A stretch of 64,000 nt of DNA, taken from Macrostomum lignano. Its lineage: Eukaryota. The notes below the pieces were generated by a model, which was given only the letters and a program-made list of their open reading frames with translations, was not told where the DNA came from and ran no database searches. The position numbers and the translations under genes were made by a program. Shown piece after piece: positions 12,014-24,947 of this stretch (positions within the stretch are counted from its first letter, which is position 1; every line of letters begins with the position of its first letter). Where the stretch lies: NCBI GenBank assembly GCA_002269645.1, contig NIVC01002355.1, forward strand, positions 62,001 through 126,000, given 5' to 3'.

Positions 12014-13727
12014 GGAGAAGATGAAACCAGGTGGTCTGATTGGCATGAAGTCTATAAAAATTTTACCATAATTTACTACTAGCTGACTTTGGGATTTAAT
12101 TCAAAGCTTTCCGCCAAAGCTTAAAACAATTAACTCTAGTAGAGAAAGAATGTAACTAACAGTTTTACATTTATCTACATAACGTGTATTTTGTTCAGTA
12201 AAAATAAAGGGTTTTTATGCTGTAGCTTAAAAGCACTTAGTGCTCTCATTACTTGATGTTTTAGCTGAAACACAATTATCGATTATAAAATCGTATGTAG
12301 GATTATTGATCAGTCAATCCTTAAGCTTTTTCTACTCCTTGTCATGAGGTTTTAACCAAATACTGAAAGTGATCTGCTAAACAGCTTTTTGGGTTTGCGC
12401 ATGATCTGGTAAATGTTTGCTTTGTCTGGCAGCCTTTTTGATTTATATAGCTTTGCTATTCCAGCTTGTTGGTTGTATAACACTACTGAGTCTCTTTTTT
12501 TCTTATCCTTCTTCTGGTTCATTCTGCTGTACTTCTCATATTCCTGTCTTATGTGCAGAACTCTGATATCTTCTGCATAGCAAGGCTTAGAAGCTTAGGA
12601 TGCATGTATCGCGTTATCGCGTTATTTCCTGCACATTCTCTACTGACTAGTAACTTCTGTTATGACTAGTAACTTTTCCAATAAGAGCTTATTGACGAAT
12701 TCAGACTCAGCCTGTAATTTTTGTTCCAATCTTGTATGTGAGGAATATTGTAATTAAAGAACACACTTTTAAATAATCAAAGCTGAATAGATTTTATTTG
12801 TTTTTAAACTCTTCCGTTTATTATTTAACTGTTTGCTTAACATTGTTGTGCTTAATGTTTAGATTTTTACCAGTTTTTAGCAATAGTCAAAACACTATAC
12901 CTCAGCTCAAGTCTTCCAATAGGAGCACTTATCGGTCCGGTTCATCCTGCTTGACGCCCTGCAGTTGAAGGACTAGGCAAACTCCTTGTTGTGAGACATG
13001 ACGCTGTCAACTCTGAATTGGGTAATGTCTTGGGGTTCGAAATATTTGCCTTTCCAAATTTTTATTATCTGTCTGTACGCGAGCTGTGCTGCCAGTGCAA
13101 AAAGCATCTCTGACTGAGCTGGTTTTGGTTTGAAGATCCGGTTGAGCAGAGACCATCTTCGGTTTGGCTGGAGTTGCTCAGCTCAATGAATGCCTTGGTG
13201 GCCAGCTCTAGGATTTGTAGATTCACACAGGCGTGCATATGAGATGGGAGGTGCATCCGGTTGCTTTCAGGAAGCCGCAACTTACTTGCATTGTCTGCTT
13301 GCGAGCGTTTAGTTTGAATATTTTCAAGACTGATACTAGCTGGTGCCATCGTTTAATTTGAAGCTTCAAAATTTTCTAGGTTAAAATGTTTGCCGAAAGA
13401 GGAGTCTGTAGGTCTTTCTTGGTACTCATGAGTAAATTTATTATCAGCGGCAACAAGAACAGCTGAGCTGTTTAGCAAACATCCTGCTATTTTGCCCACC
13501 TCCTCTGTGACCAGCCGTTGATTCGCGCTATACTTTGCTGATTTTCGTAAGGACCTGCCAAAGAGACGCACTGAACATGCTGACCTGCCGGGCCGTATTA
13601 ACTAGGTCTGGACTTGCACTGTTGAAAATTGGTGCCGTGAGCAGCCCAAGTGGAATGGAAATAACATTGAAACTGCAGACTGGAGAAGTGCACAAATAAG
13701 AGTATTCCAGCTTTGTGTCGTTTTTTT

Positions 13728-14078
13728 ATTAAAGGCAGGGGGGTTGTGTGCACCCTGGCGCACTTTAAGCGACATGTGCACACAACCGGCGAGAGGCATT
13801 ACTGCCCATTCCGCCGACTCCCCTGAGCAGGCATAAAAACGCGCGGATACGTACGCAGGCACTCACTCAGGAGTGTACAGCGGCCCTAACTTTATTTTAT
13901 CGTTAGGCATGTACACTTCACTGGGCCTTGGGGGGTTGGCTCTCAAGGCCGTTAATTGCACGAGCAGAGCCAAGCCGAGATTCCAATTTAGCCCCAAATT
14001 AATGTGACTGCACTTGGAATCGAGCCTGGGTCGCTGGCACACCAGAGCCTGCGCTAGACCGCTGGGCTACGGCCCCCC
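13728..14078 (-). mobile_element. tRNA-derived SINE, family A, copy 1
   Basis: ~340 bp near-identical to 23767-24123 and, inverted, to 59570-59921; A box TAGCCCAGCGG and B box GGCTCGATTCC in the head; perfect 12-bp 3' stem GGTTGTGTGCAC/GTGCACACAACC. Confidence 0.88.
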
Positions 14079-15371
14079 TTCCGGCTTAGTGTAGTCAATG
14101 GATCCTTAATGAGGAGTTTTAGAAAAAAATGTGCTGCTCAGAAAGAGCTTGATTCCCCATTGGGATAAAAGACTCATCCAAAACAAAGAACAAAATCTGT
14201 TTTGGTCAGATGGTCAGGATTGTCAAATGGTTTGGCATAGGCTTGAACAAGAGTCGCGTAGGTGCTTTTCAACTCTGAAAAGAATTTGGCAGATTCTCCT
14301 TCGTCGGACAGTTAAAAAAAGTCAGCAGTGTAACGCAAATCTCTGAATTCTTGTGAATTTTCAGCTGTCCATCAAATCTGAAACATTATACTCTGCGAGG
14401 CGATTTTTTTCACGAGTTCAAACACTTTGACGGCCTTTGCTACCTCGCTTGAGTTTTATTATGCGCTTTTGTACATTGTCGTCACCACTGGTTGCAGCAG
14501 TTCCACTGATGTCTTGACGCGGCTCTGAAAAACCAGCTTCTCTGCTGTTTCGCGGCTTCTCAGCATCCAGTCGGCTAAAATGGCCTGCTACTTGAACCGC
14601 TAAAGTGTTCTTAATAGAAAAAGCGTCCTATTAACAGTTTTCGGAACCAGTTTTTTAATTAATTCATCCCATTTAGCATTAGCCAAAATACACTTGATAA
14701 AGTTATCCAGGACGTCTGTCCGTAATATCGAATATTCAGATATGAGAAAATATTTTGCCATCGTATTGTTGAAACAACCATCAGTTTTGGAACTCGAGAT
14801 TAGATTACTAATGCTAAGCCAGATCGATAATAAATTAGCAAGTTTCAGCTCAATCGGTCTTGTCACATTCCATTCTCTAAGGAATCGAAAAAATTCTCCC
14901 AATTTTGCCAAGTAAGCATACTAAACAAGCTATTCTCAAAACTTTGATGTGATGTTGCACCTGACGCAAAGATTAAATACTCTTTTAAAAGAATCAAAAG
15001 CTCAAGTGGTAGTAAGCCCCGCTTAGCTTTAGTTGCTGTGGTACAATGGGACGCGGTCTCAAAGGAGAACGACATGGGCACGCCCGCCCTGACAAGCTGG
15101 TTAAGCAGCTCACCAAAGGCGGATCAGCATCAGCATCGATTGGCGGTTGAGCATCATGCTTTGTTCAGATCCTGCTTTCCTGTTTTGCAAATATGAGAAA
15201 GCAAGAAGTATTGCACGGCACAAACGGTTGCGTATTGCGGAAGAAAAGCATTTTTTTCGATTTCTGATGCACAGAAAAGCAGACCAACCAAGTCCAAGCT
15301 GGAACTCCTGGAGTTATCAAGGGCGTCCCGCTACTCGTAGCAATCTGTGCTTGGCATGAGAAAACTGGGCC

Positions 15372-15600
15372 AGATGTGCGCAACCCACAGCTCAGCCGCA
15401 GCTATTGCTTGGCGCAACTGAAGACTGCGCACGGCTGTTCGTTTCTACACTGTTACCCATTTTACAGCTGGGTAAACTGAAGCAATGCAGAGTCAAGTTA
15501 ATTGCCTTGCTCAAGGACACGAATTGCTCAAGTGGGATCGGGAATCGAACCCCTGACTTTCAAGTCGTGAGTCCGACGCTCTAACCACTAGGCTAGAACC
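15372..15600 (-). mobile_element. tRNA-derived CORE-SINE (MIR-like central domain)
   Basis: A box TAGCCTAGTGG (15595-15585), B box GGTTCGATTCC (15551-15541), then (plus strand) CCCATTTTACAGCTGGGTAAACTGAAGC...TTGCTCAAGGACAC resembling the MIR CORE consensus CCCATTTTACAGATGAGGAAACTGAGGC...TTGCCCAAGGTCAC. Confidence 0.8.
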
Positions 15601-16541
15601 CCTCCTATATCAGCATTAGCTAGGTATAATTGAGGGTGTGTGTGGCGTGCCTCCAGTCCTTGGACTGAACGCAGCCTTCAGATGTGCCGCGCAATAGCTG
15701 CGACTGAACCCATTAGGCAGGTGTAATCAGTTATTCGACAGAATTTTAAAACAGTAAAACTTTACAACGCGTTGACAAGTTGTGTTACAAGTAGATTGTC
15801 TTTGCTAGAAAAACAAGTCTAGTAATTTAAAAAGCACTGATAAACTTAATTTTATTTTACTCACCAAGCAAACGGCTTCACGAGATCTTTGAGAGAGTTT
15901 TCCCGAGTTTTGTTTTGTAAAATACACCTAGACTAAAAAGAAATTATAGCCAATAATAAATTTCGATTTCAAACTTGTTAAAATATTCAATCGCTGGATA
16001 AAATATTTTTTTCTTTCTAAATTATTTGTTTTGATCTGCTCGCATTTAATATTGCTATTGCCCGCCTGCCACTCGGGAGCCATCACTTATCGCAACTTGG
16101 TTTCAAGCTGTCGCAAAGTGAATACTCGATTTTCCAGCGATAGAAGCTTGCAGCTCTAGCAATTAATTGTATCGCCACGTTAACTTACAAACAAAACCTT
16201 TTAGGGTTGGGGTCAGGGTTCGGGTTTAGGTAGTCACGTCTCTAACATGATAAACGACAGTTTTCGTGAAGTGCCAATTTTTCGGTGGGTCGCTTTCCAG
16301 GACGAAAATTTCATAAGACTGTGATAAATAGGCAATTAGATAATAGCATGCACGGTGAGCAATTATTTAGGCCCTAGACAAACCTACTTGGAGCGTCAGA
16401 GATTTTAAAGCTATTGGCCCTAATTGCCTATCGCCGGTCGGCGAGTTCTACCAGTCTTTCTCCAATAGCCGCAGGTACAGTACAAGAAAAGAAAGAACAC
16501 GAGGGAACGCGAACCGAGAGATTTAGAGAGTGATAATCCTA

Positions 16542-17354
16542 TGTGATACAAACTGATAATTGGCTAGACGATTTAATTTGACACATTCAATAGTTACAAG
16601 ATTCAAATTCAAAGCGGCGCAGATAACTAGAGTTGACAAAACGACGATAACGGTTAATAATAATAATTAGATTACGCAACTGGCAAGCAGATCTCAGCTG
16701 AGAAGAAGAGGAAGAGGAACCGAACACGACCACGGAGAAGACTCCTAACCCCTGGCCTAAACCAGAACCTACACTCAAACGAGAGCCCTGCCGAACCGAC
16801 CGTTCAACGGAGTACCGACTAAATTCTATCGGCACTGCCCTTCAGTGTGACACTGAGGCCCTCGGGGTCGAGGCCGCGTACTTGATCAGATCCGGCAGTC
16901 TCTATCTAACCGCGCTTAATAGCGACGACGTCAGACAAGGATGCCGAATCGTTACGCTACAAGACTGAAGCGGTTGGGCGGGGGACAAAAACACGGACCG
17001 GGGGTGATGAAATCAAAACGCCTCAAAGCGCGAACCAAAGGGAAACAGCTAGGCCACCGGCCGGGAAGCTGGAACACAAACTAAAACCGGGGACGAAGCA
17101 GGAAAGAGAAGGGAAAAAGTGAGATCCGATTGCCAAACACACTTTCATATATAGTCAGAGTCACAACCCCTCAAAACCCCCCTCAAGCCGGGTGGTGGTC
17201 GTCTGGCCGGCCGGCTTGCTTAAGCCGAATTGCACTGTGCCCGCGGCGCCGGGTAGAATTGAAACTTGCCGCGTGCCAGGGTCCAGGCCGGTTCTGATTG
17301 GCTGACCGCGCAAAGCTGGGGTTCGCAGACAACTCAACCCTCCGCTGAGTCACA
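16542..17354 (-). mobile_element. Candidate solo LTR (~810 bp)
   Basis: TGTGA...TCACA termini; on the minus strand AP-1-like TGACTCA, CCAAT box (~17300) and TATATA (~17150) in U3 order; no clean TSD. Confidence 0.4.
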
Positions 17355-18026
17355 ATGGCGTCTGATTTCTAGCCTGTTTACGCAAAATTGATTCTAACTA
17401 ACAAGGAAAAAGTACACCAAAAACGTATGACTAAGCTAAAGCAAAATAACAATTTAATAACAATAATGCAAAACCTAACTAATAGAATACAAGGCTATCG
17501 CAAAAGATGCTCACACTACAAGACCGAAGTTTTACAGCGTACGTTCGTAGAAAACCTAGCAAGGGCCATGCAGAATTTTCGGAATTTGTGAAATTTCGGT
17601 CTTATGAAGGACCATGCAATAGTTTTCAGCGTTTGCATGTGGATTGCGATCTGCACTCTACTACCGGTAGTGCATTCTGTTCAAGCTGAGTATCAGGCTT
17701 TGGCCAAGAACTACTAGACTAGCAGTAGCAACACTCGGAAACGGTGAAACGTTTTGAAGGCCGGCTTGATTCAGCACGATGAATGCATGCGCAATGGACA
17801 AAGTATTTGCTGGAGCTTCAAAAAATTATTTCTTTTGAGCTTCATGATATCAAGTTGTAGCACTAACGATTCAGCACTCGTATCAAGTCGGTTATTGCGA
17901 AATGATGCTGAAAAAACTGCGTGTCTAGAAAGTGATGCTTTGGGGAAGAGCTTCACTCAAAATTCTGGTTCAAGATTTCCTTGGATGCGTGGGATTGGCG
18001 GGTTTGGAGAAAATCGTAAGGGAAAA

Positions 18027-18810
18027 AGGACAGTGAAGGACAGTGGAGGACAGTGGAGGACAGTGAAGGACAGTGAAAGACAGTGAAGGACAGTGAAAGA
18101 CAGTGGAGGACAGTGGAGGACAGTGGAGGACAGTGGAGGACAGTGAAGGACAATGGAGGACAGTGGAGGACAGTGGAGGACAGTGGAGGACAGTGGAGGA
18201 CAGTGAAGGATAGTGGAGGACAGTGGAGGACAGTGGAGGACAGTGAAGGACAATGGAGGACAGTGGAGGACAGTGGAGGACAGTGGAGGACAGTGGAGGA
18301 CAGTGAAGGACATTAGAGGACAGTGAAGGACATTAGAGGACAGTGGAGGACAGTGGAGGACAGTGGAGGACAGTGAAAGACAGTGGAGGACAGTAGAGGA
18401 CAGTGGAGGACAGTAAAGGATAGTGGAGGACAGTGGAGGACAGTGGAGGACAGTGAAGGACAGTGGAGGACAGTGGAGGACAGTGGAGGACAGTGAAGGA
18501 CAGTGAAGGATAGTGGAGGACAGTGGAGGACAGTGGAGGACAGTGGAGGACAGTGGAGGACAGTGGAGGACAGTGGAGGACAGTGAAAGACAGTGGAGGA
18601 CAGTAGAGGACAGTGGAGGACAGTGAAGGATAGTGGAGGACAGTGGAGGACAGTGGAGGACAGTGAAGGACAGTGGAGGACAGTGGAGGACAGTGGAGGA
18701 CAGTGAAGGACAGTGGAGGACAGTGGAGGACAGTGGAGGACAGTGAAGGACAATGGAGGACAGTGAAGGACAGTGGAGGACAGTGGAGGACAGTGGAGGA
18801 CAATGGACAG
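18027..18810. repeat. 10-bp minisatellite GGACAGTGGA/GGACAGTGAA, ~78 units
   Basis: Direct reading; explains the LHCPPLSSTV ORFs. Confidence 0.97.
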
Positions 18811-19223
18811 CGGCAAAAAACAAAACCCATAGCAGAAAACTTGCTTAAGGAGAAAAATAAAATTCCAGCTTAAGCTACTGTAGCCTCCCGCATGGGTTAC
18901 TTCTTCGGGACCCACAGAAGCTGTCTGTCAGAGAGAAAAGTTTGTCTTAATTTGTGCAATATCCAGCCATGCCAGGGTCTCCCTGGCATGAGAATGAAAG
19001 CTTAGCTGCTCTGAAGCTCGATCCCGAATGGCGAGATGAATTTGGCGCTAACTACAATAGCTTAGGAATTTTTTCATTTAAGTAAGTTCATTTTCTTTCT
19101 CTGCTTCTCCATCGGACGCAGGCCGAGAACTCTGACTGGGAACCTGTGGGTCGCAACTTCCCAACATGTTAGGCTGCAGGCCAGCGCACCTGAGGAAAAG
19201 GGCGCACAACAAGTGCAAAGACT

Positions 19224-19369
19224 TGGATCGAGTGCAACCGAGTGAACCTGACGATGCCGTTCTCCGTGGCCAGCTTCAGTTGCTTCAGTTAACTTCGGGA
19301 GCTGAGTTCGAGTTCAGAGTCTCGTCACTAATTAATCACCTGCTTTTGAGCGAAGTTGAGGTATACTAA
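19224..19369 (+). pseudogene. 3' relic of F-type lectin exon 2 (paralog of the 25302-25693 exon)
   Basis: ATCGAGTGCAACCGAGTGAACCTGACG...GAAGTTGAGGTATACTAAAATTCTGCGGCATC nearly identical to the end of copy 3 and its 3' flank; frameshifted; 5' part missing. Confidence 0.85.
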
Positions 19370-21399
19370 AATTCTGCGGCATCATTCTTAGTTCGAACAG
19401 ATTGTGGCTGAGCAATGATTCTAGTGTCATTTTTTGACGCCACGCATGCAGCTAATTGCTGAAAAGACGAATGAAAGCATCGATAAATTCAGCAAACTTA
19501 TAGAAATTAAACAACCAGCCTATGAATACTCATTTTAGTATATAGGATTCATTAAATTGTTTTTTTATACGTCTTAAAAGTTTTATTAACGAATGTGTTT
19601 ATTTTATCTCCAACACAAAGACAAAAACGATAATTTTATATTTCAGCTCTGATACTCGTAGACTTGTCTGTATTTAATTTTTAAAAAGGAAATTTTTATT
19701 ATAATGCAATTTTCAAATTTAATTTTTTTTAAACTTTTCAAGTTCTCTACATGTGAAAATTATTTTGCATTCTTCAATAAAACTGAATTTCGACTTATTC
19801 CAACTATGGATTGATAGGGACTTTCGCCTCAACTGACATTGCTGAACGTGTGAACGTGTGAAACGTTTCGTTGTCAATCGAAAATGAAATAAACGAGACA
19901 GGTGAAAAAGTAGTAGTAATTCTGGTCCTAAGTCCTAAAAGGTAATAAAAAGTAGTTAAAATTTAATTGTCAGAGTTTTTTGTCATGTAAAATATAGTTT
20001 AAGTAAAAAAAAGATTCAGACTAAAATATGGCGCTTTGTTCCACTATATGGGCCGCATTCGTGTAGTTTCTACGGATTCTAATGCGAGCACTTTACTAAC
20101 GTATTGCAAAAATCTGCCCCTTTATCTGAGCTATGGCTTGAAACAACAGAGGACTTTGTTTTGAGAAGGGTTAGGATTTGACAGATTGCATTGTATTAAT
20201 GATTGCATTTAGCAGCGCAAGCGCTCTCTCATTTATGCTGGACTTCATCTACAACTGATATGACTAGAGAGAATTTCTGGGCAGTTTTTAATCTAAAATA
20301 AAATTCGAAAAATATTAAGCAGAGATAAATATGTTTTTCTCAATTAACACTGAAATTACTAAGAATGCTAAGATTTCTCACTGTGGCTGTGTGTTTGGTT
20401 GCGTCAGATGAAAATCACAGGTTCTTCTGTCCGTGTACGCTCGTATATAGCCATAACTTTTGTTATTCTTGTTGGCCAAGGGGCTTTGGGAACTGTCACA
20501 AGGTGACAGCAGACAAAGATAAAACATCAGTCATGCCCATCTCTCTGACCCTTCAGCAAGCACATGGATACGGAAGCGAGCACTAGCGCTCAAACGCGGT
20601 GTACAGCGGTTTTGAATTTCTCATTGTCATCCATGTACACATTCTGTGCCTTTTAGGTTGGCCCCTTATGGGGCCCAAGGCGCTACGGATACCCGTCGAA
20701 ATTCGCTCAAACATTCAAAGCTGTGTTGTACTCGCACGTACGAGCTTGGACATCGATTTAATGTTTCTGAGTTCTTTTTCCAGGCTATTTTTCCTACTGA
20801 AAAATGGCAATCAAGAAAATTTCTGGCGAACTATTCTTAAGTAGAGGAAGGTGTCTCGGGTGTGGCCTGGTAGGTCTTCAAATCCCACCGCTGCCACCAG
20901 TAAAGTACAGGTACTCACGCTGTGCCTTTGGCTTTCGCAGTTGCTGCTTCTCGAAAGCTTTCTCTCAGTAGCGTGGGTAGTACTGCCACCAGTCCGTCGG
21001 GTCTCGGCCTTTGGTGATGTGAGCTTATGTCGGAACGTTATAACTAAGACGAGCGAATACAGCACCGAGTGCAGATTTGCAGATTAATGAACAAGGTATT
21101 TATAGGCAGGGAATCCCCAGTGCGCCAATGTGCGCAAGACCTTGCGACTCCGTTCGTTTGAAGTCGAAGGAGCCACTTGAGTCAGAGATTTCACCTCGGA
21201 GAAACTCCCAGCTCTATTATACAAACAGCGGAGACAGGCGGCTGAGCGGTCGAAGTGAAAGCAATATGTGCAGCCAAACCTATCAATTTTGCCGCATTTT
21301 TGAGCTGAAAGTCTTCGCTTGATTGTTAACTTGATTCTCAAGTTATTAAACAGCAAAACCAACAAAATACAATGTCAGATAAGATCTTAATAATCACAA

Positions 21400-21750
21400 G
21401 AAGCTTCACAGAGCTTGTCTCACGGCTTGGTCGCGAAGACAGACCGCTACACCGACGAAATCCGGGGCGCCAGAATCAGGCAGCAGGCAGTCGAAAAAAC
21501 GCCGAGTGCGCGCCTGTCAGTTCCGATAGGGTGTCCGTGGCGTCAGTAGCAGCGCATCCAACAGTACGACTCGGCGCAGATAATGTGGCCTGCCAGCTGG
21601 AGTCGCCGACGGCGCAACAGATCGGTGGGTCGGACCAGGCCGGCGCGGCGATACAGTGCTGCGCTGCAAACTCGCTCGTCGCGGATCATAAAGGCGGCGC
21701 GCAGCAGGCCAGCGTGCGCCACGATTTGAACTGCAGGACGGTCTCAACCT
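21400..21750 (-). mobile_element. Degenerate RTE-like LINE 3' fragment
   Basis: Homologous to 10511-10780 and 40759-41180 (AHAGLLRAAF...RRRLQLAGH...); more diverged, with stops. Confidence 0.8.
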
Positions 21751-23766
21751 CTTCTCTCGGCGTTATTACGATAGGATTTTTTGTTATTATTAGTACCTTG
21801 AATTAACTCTTGTACTTCCGATAATCCTATAAAGCCTTTGTGCGTTTGCTGCGATCTCTATCAATCTCTAAAATGTGTATTTTGAAAAGAAATTTTCCAG
21901 TGAAAATAATTTTAAGTAAAGAGCCTTAAGAAATTTACAATTTTTTTGCATATTGAAGGTTTAGCTGATCAACAAACAACGGTTTAAATCAAATAGCAGA
22001 AAGCACAGGTCGTATCTACAAAATTTCGGGTTTAAAACTTGATTTGCCCATTGGCAACTAAAGTAGTGCAAATATTCCGTGATAATGTTTTATTTTAATG
22101 CGTTGAGTTCAATGTAAATTATTTAAGCTAATAGATGCATCTATCTTACTAATTTTTTCAAAGTAAGTAGAGAGTTTGGGGTTTAAGTTTAAAACAAAAA
22201 ATATTTATTGCATAAGACAGAAAAGCCCCAAATCTTTTTAACTTAAGCGCATTGCAATACAAAACTCTTTCGTAGTTTTCATTGAATCTGCGGCGTCATT
22301 GCAGACCCTGTGGAAAGCAGAATTGGCCATGCAGGTTCATTGAGCCAACGCACTGAAGCGCGTCAGAAACTTTTTCGCTTTGGAAGCAGAAAATTCTGAG
22401 GAGTTGAGGAGGCAAGAGGAGAGGCCTTCTGCTGGGACACTGGTGGTGAATCCTCGCTCACCTGAAATGTAAAGCATAGCTGCGTCATTGACTGACTGGG
22501 TATAGGTCCGTGCCAGTGTAGTGAGCCCTGGTGGCTCACTATGGGGTTGTCGAGCGATTCCAGCCCTTATTGGCGCGCTTGTAAGTGCTCAGGAGCCAGC
22601 GCAATGGGCACGTTGTGGGACGTAATGTCGCCAGGGTGTCAAAAACTTTATTGCAATCGTTAAGGAGCCAGGACTTTTCGGTGGAGACTCGCATTTTTGA
22701 GGCTGTTGTTTATTTGAGTAGTGTTCTGGTGGCTACTAAGCAATGGGGGCGCCAGCACCAAGTCAACAAATTTGATTACCGATACAAAACAATCGTGTTT
22801 TCCTGAAATTCAAGCTTTGCTTTTCAAGATTTGCAATATTTAACAAACATTAAAGTAATTTTAAATTTAATCTAACAGTTTTGATTCATTAAAATACCTT
22901 CTGAATTTTTTACTTTGGAATCCATCTGGGCGTAATTTTGTTCAAGATGCATGCAAGCTGAGTAGCAGCCTCTGGCGCGGAAACTTTTGCTTTCATATTT
23001 TCCCACAGTTATCTCTGGGACTGCGACCTGCTCTTCACGGGGAATGGATGAGCCAAGGATGCCTTGAACAAGGATCTGAAGTGCCACAGCTCTTCCCCGA
23101 ACACTCATCAATCCCCGATGCAATACGGCTGCCGGCAGATTTTTAGTTCAACGCTCGGCAAATAGGGAAGTGTTTGCGTTGCTTTTAATAAAGTTATCGT
23201 AACTTCTGCTTGGTCAACTCAATTTTGACCGGTACGGTTGATCCACAGATTCTTGTATCTGTGGGTTGATCTCGCTTTAAAAGTCGTGAACTATTAAATT
23301 ACGAGAGTGATAGTTTGGGGAAGAGCTCTACTCCAGATTCTTGGTTCAAGATTTCCTTGGATGCGAAACGAAACAATTGGTGGCAAATCTTTCTGCAAAA
23401 AAGTTGCGCTATTCACTTAAAGCGCCGGACCGTGACGCTTTGGGGAGGACTTGGCGGGTTTGGAGAAAATCGGAAGGGGAAGGAGGACAGTGGAGGCCAG
23501 TGAAGGACAATGGACAGTGGCAGAAACTACAGCTGCATCCTTTGCAGAAACTTGCTTAGCGAAAAAATGGAATTCAAACTCAACTACTGCCATCTGCATG
23601 GGTTACTTCTTTTGGATGCACAGAAGCTGTCTGCCAGAGAGAAAAATTGTCTTAATTTGTGCAGTATCCAGCCAAGACAGGGGACTTGGGTGGTCTTTCT
23701 CGAAAACAACTTACGGTTTTACGCAGAGCGTAAAGTTTTTACTTAAGATCGAACTTACCATAGAAC

Positions 23767-24123
23767 ATTTTTTTATTAGAGGCAGGGGGTTGTGTGCACC
23801 CTGGCGCACTTTAAGCGACATAGGCACACAACCGGCGAGAGGCATTACTGCCCATTCCGCCGACTCCCCTGAGCAGGCACACAAGCGCGCGGATACGTAC
23901 GCAGGCACACACTCACACAGGAGTGTACAGCGGCCCTAACTTTTTTTATCGTTAGGCATGTACACTTCACTGCGCCTTGGGGGGTGGCTCTCAAGGCCGT
24001 TAATTACACAAGCAGAGCCAAACCGAGATTCCAATTCAGCCCCAAATTAATGTGACTGCACTTGGAATCGAGCCTGGGTCGCTGGCACACCAGAGCCTGC
24101 GCTACCGCTGGGCTACGGCCCCC
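23767..24123 (-). mobile_element. tRNA-derived SINE, family A, copy 2, with 11-bp TSD
   Basis: Same sequence as copies 1 and 3; TACCATAGAAC at 23756-23766 and 24124-24134. Confidence 0.9.
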
Positions 24124-24947
24124 TACCATAGAACTTACGAGTACGCAAGTTTCGAGAAAGACTCCCCTGACATGGGAATGGGGGCTTATAGTAGCTCTGC
24201 AGTTCGATTCCAAACTTGGCGACATAAATTTTGGGCTCGTGCACTAAAACTCACTTTCCATGAATTTTCATGGGATTCGTGGGATGAGGACCAATCTTCA
24301 AGGCACAGAGCGTGTGATACTGTCTGACGATGAGAAATCAAGGCCACTGTACACCATACATGATTCGACTTGCGGGCAATAATGCACGAGATCCCCAGAA
24401 AACCGACAAACCAAGAGAAGGAAGGATGCCCATGGGCTTTAGCTTTCAGAAGACATCAAAATACCAGAGTTAAGGACTCAAGCCATGCTGCCGCCAGTAC
24501 TACTTGTGAATTCAAATACTTGGCTGCGATGGAAGCCATGCTTAAACTATAAAACGAAAAGTTTTCCATTCACTTTATCCATCAAAGCGTAACGCGAGTA
24601 AAATGGTTTGCAGGCAAAGATTGAGAGGGAGAGAGGGGAGAGAAATAGACAGCAAACGGGCCTTCACCCCTGGCTCCCCTCAACTGTGAGTTGTACAGAA
24701 ATGGATAAAATCACCATGCCGGAATAAACAAACATAAGCATACGCACTCGAGCCCCGTCCAATGCAGTGCATGCAGGTCAAGCCGCAGACCAATTGGCCA
24801 CATGGACACAAGTGTAGCCCCACCGCTAGCCAATGCCAACAAAGCTGCAGCTGTAGTAAGACGTATGGGTTGCGATAAAAAGCATAAAAAATTGCCTCTG
24901 GCGTTTTGAGCTGGCCTCAGTACGGAAGTAGTCAAGAAAAGTTGAAA

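Noticed and set aside
12990-15100. Possible decayed DNA-transposon coding sequence (weak hAT-dimerisation-like LATKAF...STG at ~13150)
   Set aside because: No convincing catalytic motif or termini by eye; would need tBLASTn against Repbase/Dfam
15530-15600. Possible tRNA genes here and at 59570-59640
   Set aside because: A/B boxes are present but there is no proper acceptor stem or cloverleaf, and the sequences continue into SINE bodies
17953-18915. Cys/His-rich LHCPPLSSTV ORFs resembling metal-binding proteins
   Set aside because: Artefact of the 10-bp minisatellite; the paralogous locus at 23.5 kb has only ~4 units
20365-20430. MLRFLTVAVCLVASD as a remnant signal-peptide exon of another lectin copy
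   Set aside because: No PAN cysteine pattern follows; could be chance hydrophobic sequence
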